64,000 nt of DNA from Balanoglossus misakiensis. Lineage: Eukaryota > Animalia > Hemichordata. The position numbers were made by a program, and so were the translations under genes. Shown one piece after another: positions 23,636 through 36,292 of this stretch (its first letter is position 1; the number at the start of each line of letters is the position of its first letter). The stretch spans positions 3,950,349 through 4,014,348 of the forward strand of contig CM082586.2 in the NCBI GenBank assembly GCA_040954595.2. The letters are read 5' to 3'. The notes under the pieces are model-generated. The model saw only the letters and a list, made by a program, of their open reading frames with translations, was not told the origin of the DNA and searched no databases.

Positions 23636-26600
23636 CCAACACCATGTCATCAATCAAAGGTTAAATAGCTCATCACGTCAGCCAACTCGACATAATTTAT
23701 TGGTACATATATTGTGTTTAGGAGATTTGAACATGACAGAACTACGAAGGACGAGGAAGAAAGAATGAAGAAGGACCACGATAAACTACTGACTGATTTG
23801 AAGAACAGATTAAACCAAGAACTGGAAAATGCTAAATTAGATCTCTTGAATGACAAAGAAGATGCTCTGAAGTCGTTTAAAAGGAAAATAAACGAAGAAC
23901 AAGAAAGAGAGGAAGGATTACTGGAACAAGAAAAGGAAGCGAACTTGAGGTAAATCTTTGATCTGGTTTTAGATCAACTTTTATGTCTCTCGGTAATCTT
24001 ACAGTTAAGGCAGGATTGTCATTGATCATTTGTGTAGGAGTCAGGTAGCATTTTATGTTGTCTTATTGTCACTTCGTTCAGGTCGTTGAGGAAAGAAGTG
24101 CGCGATTCCCATGACGACGAAGAAGCCAGGCTACAAGAGGGTAAAATAGACGCTCTAAGAAAAATGAGAGAAACTATTAGACGCGAACAGGAGGAAGAAG
24201 AAACAAAACTGAGGTCAGTGGTGGGAATTTATCTTATCCAACACTGCAGACTGTTTATATTGTTCTGGATGTTTCAGCATGACAATGCTGAGAGATTTGG
24301 ACAATAAACTGCAATAGACTCACAAGCTGTTTTTTTTTTTCCAATCAGAGATGAAATGAAAAAATCTATGACAAAACTCAAAGATGAACTGCACGACCTT
24401 CAGAAAAACGAAAAGGAAAAACTGGAAGAGGAGAAGAAAAAGGCGATGGATAAAATCCAGAAAGAAGTGGATGAGTCTGTAGAGGGAGAGAAGAAAAAAC
24501 TTGAAGAAAAGAAAGTCAAAGTAAGTCTTGCACAACCTTTGTATAATGGTAAACCAAATATTAATTTGATCATGGGCAAAAACTAACTCTTGTGATATCA
24601 CAATATGCAGACCATCGAAGAATGTAAAAAGAAATTAGAGAAGGAAGAACAGGACGCTGTAGAAGAGTTTGAAAAACAATATTCACAGAAATTGGATCAG
24701 AAGAAAAGTGAGATGGTTGAAAAACATGAAAGGGTAAGACACTGTGTTTTTTCTTCATTTTGAAGGCAGGGGTCATTGTAATGGTTTAATGGTTTACATG
24801 TACTTTGTACAAATACATAATAATAGTTACAATTAGAAATGTATTAACAATGGTAGGTGAGAAGACAATGGTCTTAAGTGGATTTATTGTTTCAGGCCAT
24901 GGACGATTTGATAGCCAAGTTACAGGAGGCACAAGAAGACGACAGAAAGAAAGAAGAAGCAAAGTTGAAAGCGACACGAGAAAAACAAGCTGCAGTTGAT
25001 GAATTACAGGATGGCGTAAGTAGAAAGTTGAAAGATTTTCATTTAATTTTTTTTTAATGAAAGATTCTAAGCTAACTTTCCCTTTTATCTTAGGTCATCG
25101 CAGTTCTGAAGTTTATCTTCATCACACAAGTATAAATTTGATGTGTTTTAGGAAATATGGACATTTGTAATTTATCAGATCCATGTGTGTTTGATTGCAG
25201 CTTGAAAATGTTTTGAAAGAGAAGAGGCAGGAAATGAAAGATTCTCAGAACAAAGAATTGGAGGAGTTGAAAAAACAGCATGAAAGAGAAATCAAGAAGA
25301 TTAAGCAAGGGAATGAAGAAAAGGTAAGTCAGGATTTAGTGATTTTTGACACATTAAGGTGGTATGAACCTCGAAGGTCTGTGAGGTCAGGTTTCACTGT
25401 ATATTCCTTCATATAAAAGCCATAATGAAGTATTGCTTCTACATGAAGCAGTGATTTCTTTTAATCCAATATTCTCTTTCACTGTCTTCAGGAAACCAAA
25501 GAGAAGAAATCGTTTGCCGAAAAGCTTGAAGCCGAGAAGAAGAAAATGTCCAAAGAGCATGATAAAATTCTGAAAGAAATACGGAAACAATTTGAAGAGA
25601 AGAAAGACAGGATTCATGAAAAGCACGAAGAGCAAGACGGAGCTCTGAAGGAAATGTCGGAAGCTTTAGAACGAAGAAAGAAGGAACTGCAAAGGGAATT
25701 GAAACAAGTCGAGAAAGAGGTAAGATGGTGGTTTCAAAGTAAAACCCTTTCACCACCAAATCCATTTTTTTTCTGTGGTAAAGTTGGACCTGTACAAAGG
25801 GAATTGGGGGTGAAAGGGTTAAAATGTTTTGCATCAAAGCTGTTTGTGTTGTTATAAAGGAATGGCTTTGAATCATTTCACAGATATTTTGCAAGAAATA
25901 TGACACAAATTCATGTTGAATGTACATTGTATACTGTGCTTGACTATATGAAAGTCTATGTATTTTATATGTTATGTATTACACAAGAGCAGCTAGTGTG
26001 ATCAAAGCCACAAAAAGACATATTTGTTGTATGTTTATTCGTCTTTTAAAACAGGAGAAGAGTTTGGAGAAAAGACAGGAGCGTCTCCGAGAAGATATGG
26101 AGAAATTTGAAGAAGATCAGGATGTAAGTTTTATTTACCAATAGTCAATATAGCCAGTGTGTGCAGACTTGCTTGTGCTTGTTACATGAATAGATGAAGT
26201 AGTTCTGGATTGAAATTCCCTAAAATACAAGTTGATTTCCCTTTTTTCCCATCTGCGCTCTATGATTCCATGCTGGTTGACAGGAAGCATTTGCCAAGAG
26301 AGCTGGAAATGCCGGTGCAAAAGAGCTGGAAAGAATACAGGAAGAAAGGAAAGATTTACAGAATGATATCAAAGAACTCAAAAAGGAATTACAGAGTCTG
26401 AGGAAAGAGAAGTCCAATTTGGAGTCCGAGATCAAGAAATTGAAGAGATCAAGGGAACAGCATGCTAAGAAATTAAGGTACGAGGAAGTATGATAGTTTC
26501 ATAGGTAATTGCTATTTTTGTAACATGCAAAAAGAAAAGTTACACGAAAGTTTCACTGACCACTGAACCATGTATCATATTCGTATAGTGGCAGATTTAT

Positions 26601-29600
26601 CTCTTGTTTCATAAAATATCACTCCAAAGAAACTCTGTTTCATTCTGTCAGAAAGATTTTGTTTTTATACTTTGCAGTGACATAAAACAACAGATAGGAA
26701 ATGAAGATGAGATAATCTTGAATGGTGAAGTGCCTAAAACCCCAGGATTGAAATTGGATGAGTTGGCGCCCCCTACGCCAGAACATGGAGAGGTAAGGTG
26801 TCATGTGAAGGTCATTCCCATGGTGACATCAATTTATTGGCTGTTTCTGTGAAATTATGTGCCTCGTATAGCTGACTCTGTCGTAGATGATTTTTTCTGC
26901 TGAATCCAAATTGATATTGTCTGTTTCTTTGATAGGAACGTGAAATGGTACATCCCAGAGATTTTGAAAAGTCTGATGATGAGGACATGCAAGTGACATC
27001 AGGTAAGTAATTTAACTAATCATCATGTCGAACTAAACAGCCACACAACCTCATGTTATATTCAGGCAGTATTCATCCTTTTTGTTGCCATCTGTCGTAA
27101 CCTGGCACTCTGTCCATCATCATTAGGTGAGGATGAAGGAGAACACCGAGAGGAAAAGGATGAGCGACGACGACCAAAGAGGAAGACAGAAAAAGACCGA
27201 GGGAAAAGATCAAGTCGAAAAAGTTTTGTAAGTGTCCAAAATAAGCCACCAAATCAAATCAACAATTTGTAACAATGGCAATCGGATAATGAGTACTGAA
27301 AGTCTGACAGAAATCTTAGAGATTAATCCCGATTATTGAACTGTACTGATAAACATTTTTCTTTCTAAATGTCTCTACATCTCCCAATACTGTAGGCTGA
27401 CTATCCAGAGTACAAATTACCACATCGTCTTGCTTGGGATGATTATCCAAGTGATTCGGACGAATCGGACAACTTCCGTTCATTTAATACCAAGGGGTAC
27501 AGACAATATGGGTAAGTCTTTGTTGGGCAAATAAAAAGTGTTCTTAAACAATAAGGCCGTTCACATTGCTCAAAAAGGCAAGCCCCTTGTCCTAGCCAGG
27601 TCTGGCCATCCATTGTCCGGCCAAGCAAAACGATGATAATGTCCAAGCAAATGACTTAATACAAAATAGAATAAAAACTAAAGTAATGCTAATGACATTT
27701 TTTTTCTGTAGTGATTTGAAGGTTCGACTAGCTGTTGAGAATGATGCTATAGGACGAGCCAAGGACTTTCTGCACCGACAGAAATCATCATTGAAAAGAC
27801 GACAGCTGGCATTGCTGGAAGCGAGGCAAGAATTGAGGAGAGATTTAACAAACCAACAGTTGGACGGGGAAGATATGGATGGTGGTGCTTCATTGTTGGA
27901 AGATGTTCAAATTAACCTGGAAAAGGTAATTGCATTGGACTGATTATAGTGATTAGCGATGCATACACGCTGATCTCAGAACAACTGTCATTTCATGTAT
28001 CAGTAAGTGTAGGGGAAATTCGAACACTCCATGATGCAAACAAAGTGTGAAAAACCGCTATCGCATGTGTTGTCCTGTGTCTATTTTCCATAGAATGCTG
28101 CAGTTTTTGACTGATTGACGTTTACTGTTTCTTGTAGGAAGCGTTGGAACTAGACAAAGCAATGGTTAATATGAGTGCCGGTCATCGCCTAGTCAAAGAG
28201 AAAGAACACAAATTGAAATTATTGGAGGAATCACTAGCTGAAGCCGTAAGTTTTCTAATGCTAAATTTCAGCCAACAGAGATACCTAAGTCAGATACCCA
28301 ATTCATTCGAGAAGTATGTCAATAATTTAATTCATACATGTCTGAATAATCCAGACATGGAAATTATGTCACAATTGAGACAAATATGTCAACTTTGACC
28401 TCTGCAGACATCTAGTCCAGAGAATACAGAAAGCCTCCTGAATGGCATTGAGAGTAGACTGCCCCCTAGAGGCAGAATCCCAGATTTCCTCAGCGATTCA
28501 GAGAACAGCAGTGGAGTTAGCAGCAGTGATTTTGGAGAAGACTACATCCACGTACAAGGTAAGATGCTCAGTTTCATTCTAGATAGCACATGCAATTTAG
28601 TGGAGTAGTGTTTGACTGCAAGCGACGCTGGGAGATGGATCAAATGTGCAGGTGTTCTACCAAAGGAAGTCATGAAATACAGTTAACATAATAATAGTGT
28701 TCTGGGTTTGTACATCTGTCATCCAATCAGCTCATGAGAACTGAGAGTCCTGAGATTTTGTACACGTTTGGTCTGATTTGAAAATTACGGAAAATTGCGA
28801 ATTAGCATTACTACTAATAACTTCCAATCCTTTTCTTTGCTGCCTCCAGGTAAGAAATCCCACCGACACGACGAGCACCCCTCGAGACTTCTGAATGATC
28901 TGGGAGTGTTCGAACACCAGTTAAAGTCAAAGCATCAGTTAAAGAAGGGCAAAATGGCAGCAGTGGACATCGAACCCATCTCGTCGTCACTGAACAAGAT
29001 CAACAAACAGCTGGACGACGTCATGGGGGTCTTGATGTCTCAACCGAAACCCGGCGGCCAGCAACCGTACAGCGTCTTCAGCCAGTCTTCCACGGTCCCG
29101 TACCAGACGCCGTACTATGCAACGACCGCGCATCCGGCTGTCGCGCCGGCGGTCCTCTCGTCGTGGCAGGGAAGAACCAGGAGCGCTCCGGACGTCAGGT
29201 TTGATCCGGTCGGAATCACACTGCCTTCCCAGAATGAGACTACGGAACAAATACTGGAGAGAAAATGGAAAACTTATTTTGGAGGTCAGTGTTGCATGAG
29301 CTGATTTTCTGTCTTATTATATCATTTCTAATGTGCCCAGCTTACCTCAAAAGGTAACCAGGGTTTTTTATTCACTGTACATCATAGAATATAGGCAAAC
29401 CAGTTGCCAGAGACAGTAAAAGCACTGAAATAAAAATCAAACATTGTAACTGGTCCTTCAGTATTGCAGTAATGTCATTTCCATGTCTCTTTCCTTTGCA
29501 GCTCATAAGCCCATGTTTAGTAGTACACCAGCAGGACCTCCATCAAGTAGCAGTGTGCATGGATCATCGTATGGAGGTTATATCCCAGCAAGGTAAGTAA

Positions 29601-31834
29601 CCACTGTCGTGTAGTAAATACCGTAGCATTACCAATATTTCCCATTGTATAGTTTGATTTCTTTAAATAGAATGTGTGAAAGCTAGCAGTGTGTAGTAAG
29701 TGTGATATGATCAAGATAATGTAGCATTCAGCAGGACCAAAAGTAGTTTTGATTCAGGTATAAAACTACATTGTATTAGTAAATTACGTGAATTCATTGA
29801 CAATTTATGTTACAGGGCATATAAGATTAAGAGCATAGACAGGAGTAGTTATGAATACCAAGGCAAAGAGAATATAGATAGCTCCTTATTTCCTGTGAAT
29901 AGAACAGAAGTAAATAGACCCAGTACAGTGCCTTTGTCGCATGAGAAGAGAGATCGGCAAGGTACAGCGAGTGAGGTCTTGTCTAGAGAGACGATCAAAT
30001 CTAGAATAGGAAGCCAGCAGTATACCAAGACTAATGAACATAGAATCAGTCTGTCTGAGATCAGTGGAGCAGGGATGACCACAGAAAAGAAGAAGAGATC
30101 GGTCAGGTTTAGTAGTGACGTAGATGATCATGGATCTGGTGTTGAGGATAGATGGAGTTTTGGCACCGATGCCGAATGGCCAATAGAGAGAGATGAAGAG
30201 AAGTTTATGACAGATTTTGATCACATGAAGAGCACCCCACTGAGAGATGATGATTGTATGTTCGGTGAAGATTTGGAAGTAGAGCGACGTGCCAAGGCTG
30301 CCCTGTACCACGCCGACGGCAAATGCTACAGTAGGAAGGCTTGGCGAATACTATCTGAACATACAAAGTGGCTTGCCGAATTTCAAGGGCTCGGTAGTGG
30401 CACAGGTGTGTCTGATAACACAGAGGAAGATGGCAGAATAGTCGAGGATTATAAGCAGGCAGGCAAGATAGGAAAGGCAGTTTCCATGGATATAAGTAGA
30501 CATAAGCCCAGGCAAGGTGACTTGGCTAGATTCAGGGCCGGATTTCGCGAGTTTCAAGATGTGAGAGTGAGAGACAGGGATGAGTTGGAAGATGATGATT
30601 GCTCATCGATAGATTTCAAGCTCAGCATGATAGAGTCGACAAATGCTGAAAGTTTAGAAAGATCCCTTTGTAGTCACAGAAAGTGGTTGGACGACTTCCA
30701 ATCAAGAGAAGATCATAGGTCAGTATCAGCATAGCCTAAACAGAAAAATAAAATTCTGTTTAATGGTAAAGCGTTTGACATTGACACTGTTCCATTTCTT
30801 GAGAGTTGATATCAACGACATAGTGTATCGTACTACATGTACTGCATTAGGCTTTTTTGTCTCGATGTCAACAGGGAACAGTTGCGCGATATGGGAGTCA
30901 GCGGCGGGAATGAGTGGATGCCTCCACCGGGATCGACCGAGAATTTGCTGCAGCAACAGAGCGATTGGTTGAAGGATTTCAGGAAAAGCAGTGGGCACAG
31001 TGGCAAGTACAGATCCTCAGACAATGCGTCAGTGTATCCTTGAACAGCGAGATGTGGTTCAGGGAAGAGCCATTTTCTTTTCAGGGGGGGGGGGGGTAAT
31101 ATTATTTTCTACACTCCCCCCCCCAAAAGTAACATTTCTCACACCTCTGTAATTACTGTGTGCACACCACTGTAGAAGCCCAGCCTGCAACACCCCTATC
31201 ATGGCTGAGTGAGACAAAATACTAACACGATTGTCACATCCCTGTAGCAAGGATGTTTGAAGTGCTGTGCCACATGTGTGTACACAGCTGACACATGGCT
31301 GACTTCTAATACCCTATGTTACAGGAGTGTGTGAACTTGTGCAGTGAGGATTTGAATAATCACTGTAATAGGCTGCTCTTCAAGCAACACCATGTCATGG
31401 GCTGTGATTAACAGCACTGTTATATTCATGCAAACATATAGCCAGTCAATGAGGGTTATACTATTATAGCACCCATTTCTTATCCCTGAGGGACTGAGTT
31501 ACCAGAATAGTGTGCTATTCCCCCCCCCCCACCCCCCCGAGGGAAATAGGGTGCAATGCTGCTCACACACAGTGACTGCTGGTTGTTCCACTCTCGGCAA
31601 ATTATCAATAATCCCCCCCCCCAAAGTTCAAAGTTGATTATCTTAACTATGGGCACACATAGGAGTAACTACAGCGTCGGGTCATCAGCCTCGGCACCAG
31701 GGGTCAACAGAACACCATTCCTTGCCAGTACGCAGAGCAGACCGTTATCACAGACACCAACACATCATCCCAAGTCTGGGAAAGTCAGGTTGGAACTCGA
31801 CGAGAACAACCACCTCCAAATAAGACAGTACTAA
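19947..31834 (+). CDS. CEP164: Centrosomal protein CEP164 (WW domain plus long coiled coil), about 30 exons; first coding exons 19947-20013, 20258-20369, 20758-20980; last exons 29502-29592, (29816-30718), 30875-31027, 31663-31834
   Basis: The N-terminus [74 protein letters not shown] is the CEP164 signature. E/K-rich coiled-coil exons follow, and the C-terminus is [16 protein letters not shown]. Confidence 0.95.
21111..21231. mobile_element. MITE-like inverted repeat in a CEP164 intron
   Basis: TCACGCAGCCAACATGAATTTGAA..CCAATAGGG pairs imperfectly with CCCATTGG..TTCAAATTCAAGATGGCTGCATGA. Confidence 0.55.
23363..23635. repeat. Compound (CCT)n/(CAT)n trinucleotide repeat, intronic
   Basis: Alternating blocks of ctc and atc triplets, about 270 nt. 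Confidence 0.97.
25741..25822. mobile_element. Tiny piggyBac-like MITE, copy 1
   Basis: (A)AAA CCCTTTCACCACC ... GGGGGTGAAAGGG TTAA: terminal inverted repeats with CCC/GGG ends and a TTAA flank on the right; related to 37827-37893. Confidence 0.55.
31466..31556. repeat. Short dispersed repeat (related fragment on the minus strand at about 38278-38321)
   Basis: ATAGCACCCATTTCTTATCCCTGAGGGACTGAGTTACCAGAAT here versus ATAGCAACCATTTATTACCCCCGAGGGGCTGTGAGTTACCAGAAT on the minus strand. Confidence 0.5.
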
Positions 31835-34434
31835 ATCATTATGCAAAAGTAAACAACTCCAGTGGAATCCTTGCACAAGATACATGTATCAAAATTTGCC
31901 CCACATGCAATTGAGCTGTGTAACAGTTCTCAATATCACTAGTCATAAACTCCAGAGGGTGCACTTCAAGGGAGTAAGAATGAGTCAAGGAAAATAAATT
32001 TAGGTAAATTCTAAATATTCTAATAATATTTTTGAAAATATGCAGATTAAAAATAATGAAATTGACAATCCAGTATTTGCACAATTTTATGCAATTAAAT
32101 GAAGTGGGGCGCCAGGAAGGCTGATATTTAATAAAATATTAAAATATTCCCATAAAAATATATCATTACCTTGAAATTTATGAATAATACCAATCAAACA
32201 CTATGTAAGTTGAAATTTTTGGACGATAAAGTCAGAGGCTATGCTTCAGTTTTACTTGTAAAAACTTTTATTTCTAGGGGTCAAAAAATGCATACATGTA
32301 TTATGATAGCATTGGTGATGGTGCTCATTTCTGTTCTAGCTTTTTTATATCCATTATCAAAATCTTTGTTGAAAAGCTTGTACATGTTGCATTCTTATTG
32401 CAAAAAATGTTTAAATATTTAAAGAATTTGCCTCCAAAGTGTTATGGCACAGTTTGTTGAACGTATGTTTTTTTCAAGTTGCACTGAGTTCATACTTGCA
32501 AACTTATTCCTGAGCCAGTTTCCATTCCTAGTATATGTTGATATCCCGTTTGATGTTATGAAATTAATTAATGTACATACTGACCAGATTTCATGACAGT
32601 ATAAAATCAAATACGTGATTTGTGTTCAAAATACCTCTGATCATATGGCTTGGGGTGGCTGTGGTGTTTTTGAATTTTTCACAAGAAAACTTTTCATTTT
32701 TATGCAATGGTTGTCTATCGAGATCTGGATAACTTTTAATAATAACTCTGGACCAAATCTGGTACTAACCATAGCTGTCATTTTATTTTCACATATCAGT
32801 TTTAATGTTATTGTTTATGTTTCTGTTGTGTTTGTAATATGATTGTTTTATTTCTAAATATTTTGATCATTTGTTTTCTTTTACTATTATACATATAAAT
32901 GTTCTGTGTGATATTTAAAAGTGTTCATTTCACCGTTCGCCCCATGTTCCAATTCATCTCAGGAATTAAAACCTGATAAATTTACACATTTATTTTTCTT
33001 TTCTTTTTTAATTTGTGATCAAGAAAAAATGAAGGAAGTATATTTTGTGTTATGTTTGCATACTAGTATTTTGAAGGAATAAAGCCGTTATGTTTCAAAT
33101 GACCAGGTGCTTTAACTGCAGAAAGTGATGGGGGCGGGCCTATGTCATTCACAATGGCTATGTGATCTGGGGTATTGATTGAGAAACATACAGCATGTTC
33201 TGTTACATAATAATTCCTGGGGGAGTTGAACTTGCTGCATATGGCATTCATTGCTTTGCCCACCAGCCCAGAGGGTGCGGATATGATCTATTTGTTTTCC
33301 TTTTGTCCAGTTTGCAGCTTCTTGTTGGTCTTAGGGAGGAAATCACCAATCAACTAAGCTATTTGTTTGTGATAAACTATGGGCCCTCTATACCCAATGT
33401 ATCCTACTCATATCAGTCGTAAATTATCACAGTTGCATGGTCATACCATTCATCATAGACCATGGAGAAAGCACTGATATACAAAATTTTGTTAAAGGGA
33501 GAGCATAGGGTCTATGGGGAGGGGCTGAAACTAGCCCACCCAGCGAAACCGTGCGGATACGACCATGGAGCTACTGTAGTTGTATGCGCGGTAGCTCCCA
33601 CAATCGGATCGCACGATGTCGTTAACTTTGCACCCCGCTATGCGAGTAGCTCTGTCCGGGGTCTGTGCGAATGAACTCTGGAATGCCATTGTATTGCAAA
33701 ACCACACATACTACCAGTGTCAACGTAAGACAATCGGTTTTGGCGGGAAATCTTGGAGGTACGTGTTAGGTATTTCCGATCGATGACCACGCTCCCATGC
33801 ACAACTACAAACGAGTCGCTTTTAAAAAGAAATTAACAACACAATTGCCACGTCTTTCAGTTTGTGTAGAAACAATGTACAAGGAATGTGAATTCCTTTC
33901 ATCGCCATCATAATACCATTGGCATTTCTATTTAAATGAGGTATAGGGGTATTATACTCAGATAATCATGATAGGTCCACAAACACAGCCACTGTCTGTC
34001 TAGAATCTTAAAAAAAGTTTCTGCGAAGTGATGTTAGAAAGTATTTCAAAGACGCAAAATGCTATATGAACTACTTTAGGAATCCCAGAAGCCCGATATA
34101 AGATCATTCGGTTGGTGTCTATCTGTTTGTATATTTTCCCAGGATTTTTTCAGAGGGTTTTCATTCACGCGATACAGCTGGAATTGATCAGATGCATCGC
34201 CGGAAGCGTTTGAAAATACAACAACGTGATTGGTTAATTTGAAGGAGTGGGCTGTGACGTTGGCTAATTCTCACAATTAGCCAATCAGATGACCCATGTC
34301 AAAGAGTGATAAATGTACATAGCAGACCTCGTGTTCTTGACAGAAACTTACAGCAAAAGTCTACTGTGTTTGGTGTGATGGTGTTGTTTGCGACGCTATA
34401 ACTTTAGAGTTTTATAAGTAGTTCATATACGACA

Positions 34435-35614
34435 ATGATGGCGGAAGTAGCAACCAGCTTTGTGGATAGCGTCGATTATGTCGTCCGTCCGAAAAGAGCG
34501 AGAAATGAACCCCAGAAATACACGGATGCAAGCAATGGTATGGTACCACAGAAGACGCTAGAATTAAAGGGTATCATTGAAGTACTGAAAGAATATGATT
34601 CCTGCGAGGGAGGCATTAACTGTTGTATATGTGGTAAGTTTTATTGTCAATGACAGTAACATGATTATCATTTTAGTATTTAACTTATTAACACTGCAAA
34701 GGATTATAACGGTTTGTAGAATTTTATATCGTTGACATTGACATGACACATTCGCACTAGACTGAACTCTGCCAAATCAAAGTACATAGCAATACACTGC
34801 ACCGCATGCAGACGACAACACACATTGTACATTTCATAATATGATAGTTCTAGGTTGTAGTATTAGTTTATACAGGAAGGAAACTATTCTTACATTGCGG
34901 ACAGGAAAACTTTTGATGTGATTGAACGGAGGAAAAAACACGTAACATCAGTGCATGCATGGTCATTAATTATTCATAAAGCTGGCGATTTAAATGCCCC
35001 CCCCCCCCCGCTGACTTGTGAAAATATTTCGGAAAGTATGAATATGTGTGTACAATTTTGGATTGAGAGGGAAAATAAACACTAGGGGACATGTAACTAT
35101 CCGACAGTCGTGGTTTGGTGCGAATTTGAAACGTGTGGAGGGCCTGTGACCATGTCGTCGAAAAATAGTTGTGTTTGTCAATGTAATCTCGGGTGTCCAA
35201 TTTGGCGGGAAAATCGGCCATGTTGTTTACATTAGATTATACACTTACAGTGCAGTGGTAATACATGCGGCTTTTGTCTGACTTAATTTTGCAGGAAAGT
35301 TGTACAAAAGCAAAGTGTGCTTCACGAAGCATCTGTGGGAACATAGTATCTATTGGGACCTTTTCGACGGGGCCAAAAATCACGACCGCGTGCTGTCAAT
35401 CCAAGCGGCCCTCATACTCTACCAGAACTCGTTCACAGGCTTTGACAACAATTACCTGCCTGTGTTGCTGGTGACATCACCGCACGAGAAGAAGGCGAAA
35501 CAAGAAGAAGGCCAATGTCTGCACGCTGCAGTCCCAAATAGAGAGGACAGACACTACAGAAAATCTGTATCACCGCACAAGAAAAGGAAAAGGCACAGTT
35601 CAATGGAATACTGA
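34435..35614 (+). CDS. Small single-C2H2 zinc-finger protein, 172 aa; exons 34435-34633 and 35295-35614
   Basis: The TGT G|gtaagt ... ttttgcag|GA AAG junction rebuilds CCICGKLYKSKVCFTKHLWEH (C-x2-C-x12-H-x3-H). Basic NLS-like tail SPHKKRKR; CCAAT boxes upstream near 34230 and 34281. Confidence 0.8.
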
Positions 35615-36292
35615 AATAATTTCTGTTGCTAGGTTGCTAGTTGACTGGACATTGCAGTTTTGTGTGCACTCACCAAAGGTTTAGAACTAAAACCAAACGG
35701 AGCATGCGTCAAATCTGCTTGCAATGGTGCAGTGTGTCATGTGAGCGTGGATAAATCCCTCCATGAAGATTTGTCTGCTTTCTCTGTTACTGGGGCAACG
35801 GTAGTCTGGGTGACCTAAAAATCATGGATAGATTTTGTGTTGAAAGACTAGACTGTTGTCATTTACATAATTAAATCATCATTCAACTCAGCTTGGATTA
35901 TTTCATTTGGGTGTAACACTCAAGCTGTAACCATGACGATGTTCAGCAAATTACTGTTATCTGTGGTTGATTGGTCAAGCAGTTCTTGCATACCTTTCCA
36001 GTTTGCTACAATAGTTGCATTGACTTGGTGGAAGCATGCTTTCTATTGTTGCTTGGTGACATTTTTGGATAATTATGTGAAATATTGTTGTACTGGGTGG
36101 TCTGGTATCAGAGTTTGCATCATTCAGGTCAGCTGTTACACTTAGATAAAGTTTCAGGGATACCAGTGATTTTGCTGATGTTGGGGAAGATGAGTAAATG
36201 ATTTGGTAACCATGGTAGCAATTCGTAAGTGTGACTGCATTGATATACACAGGGAAACCCAGTTGATTCAGCAGTCTGATGTAGAGATAGAA

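Noticed and set aside
23199-23657. 152-aa poly-Met/poly-Arg ORF on the minus strand
   Set aside because: It is only the translation of the intronic CCT/CAT microsatellite.
29895-30734. 279-aa ORF as an independent nested gene
   Set aside because: Phase-compatible splice sites and shared motifs make it better explained as a CEP164 exon.
33548-33616. Imperfect hairpin (CGTGCG..GGAGCTAC/GTAGCTCC..CGCACG) as an ncRNA
   Set aside because: Short stems only, with no tRNA, snRNA or snoRNA hallmarks; more likely a repeat fragment.
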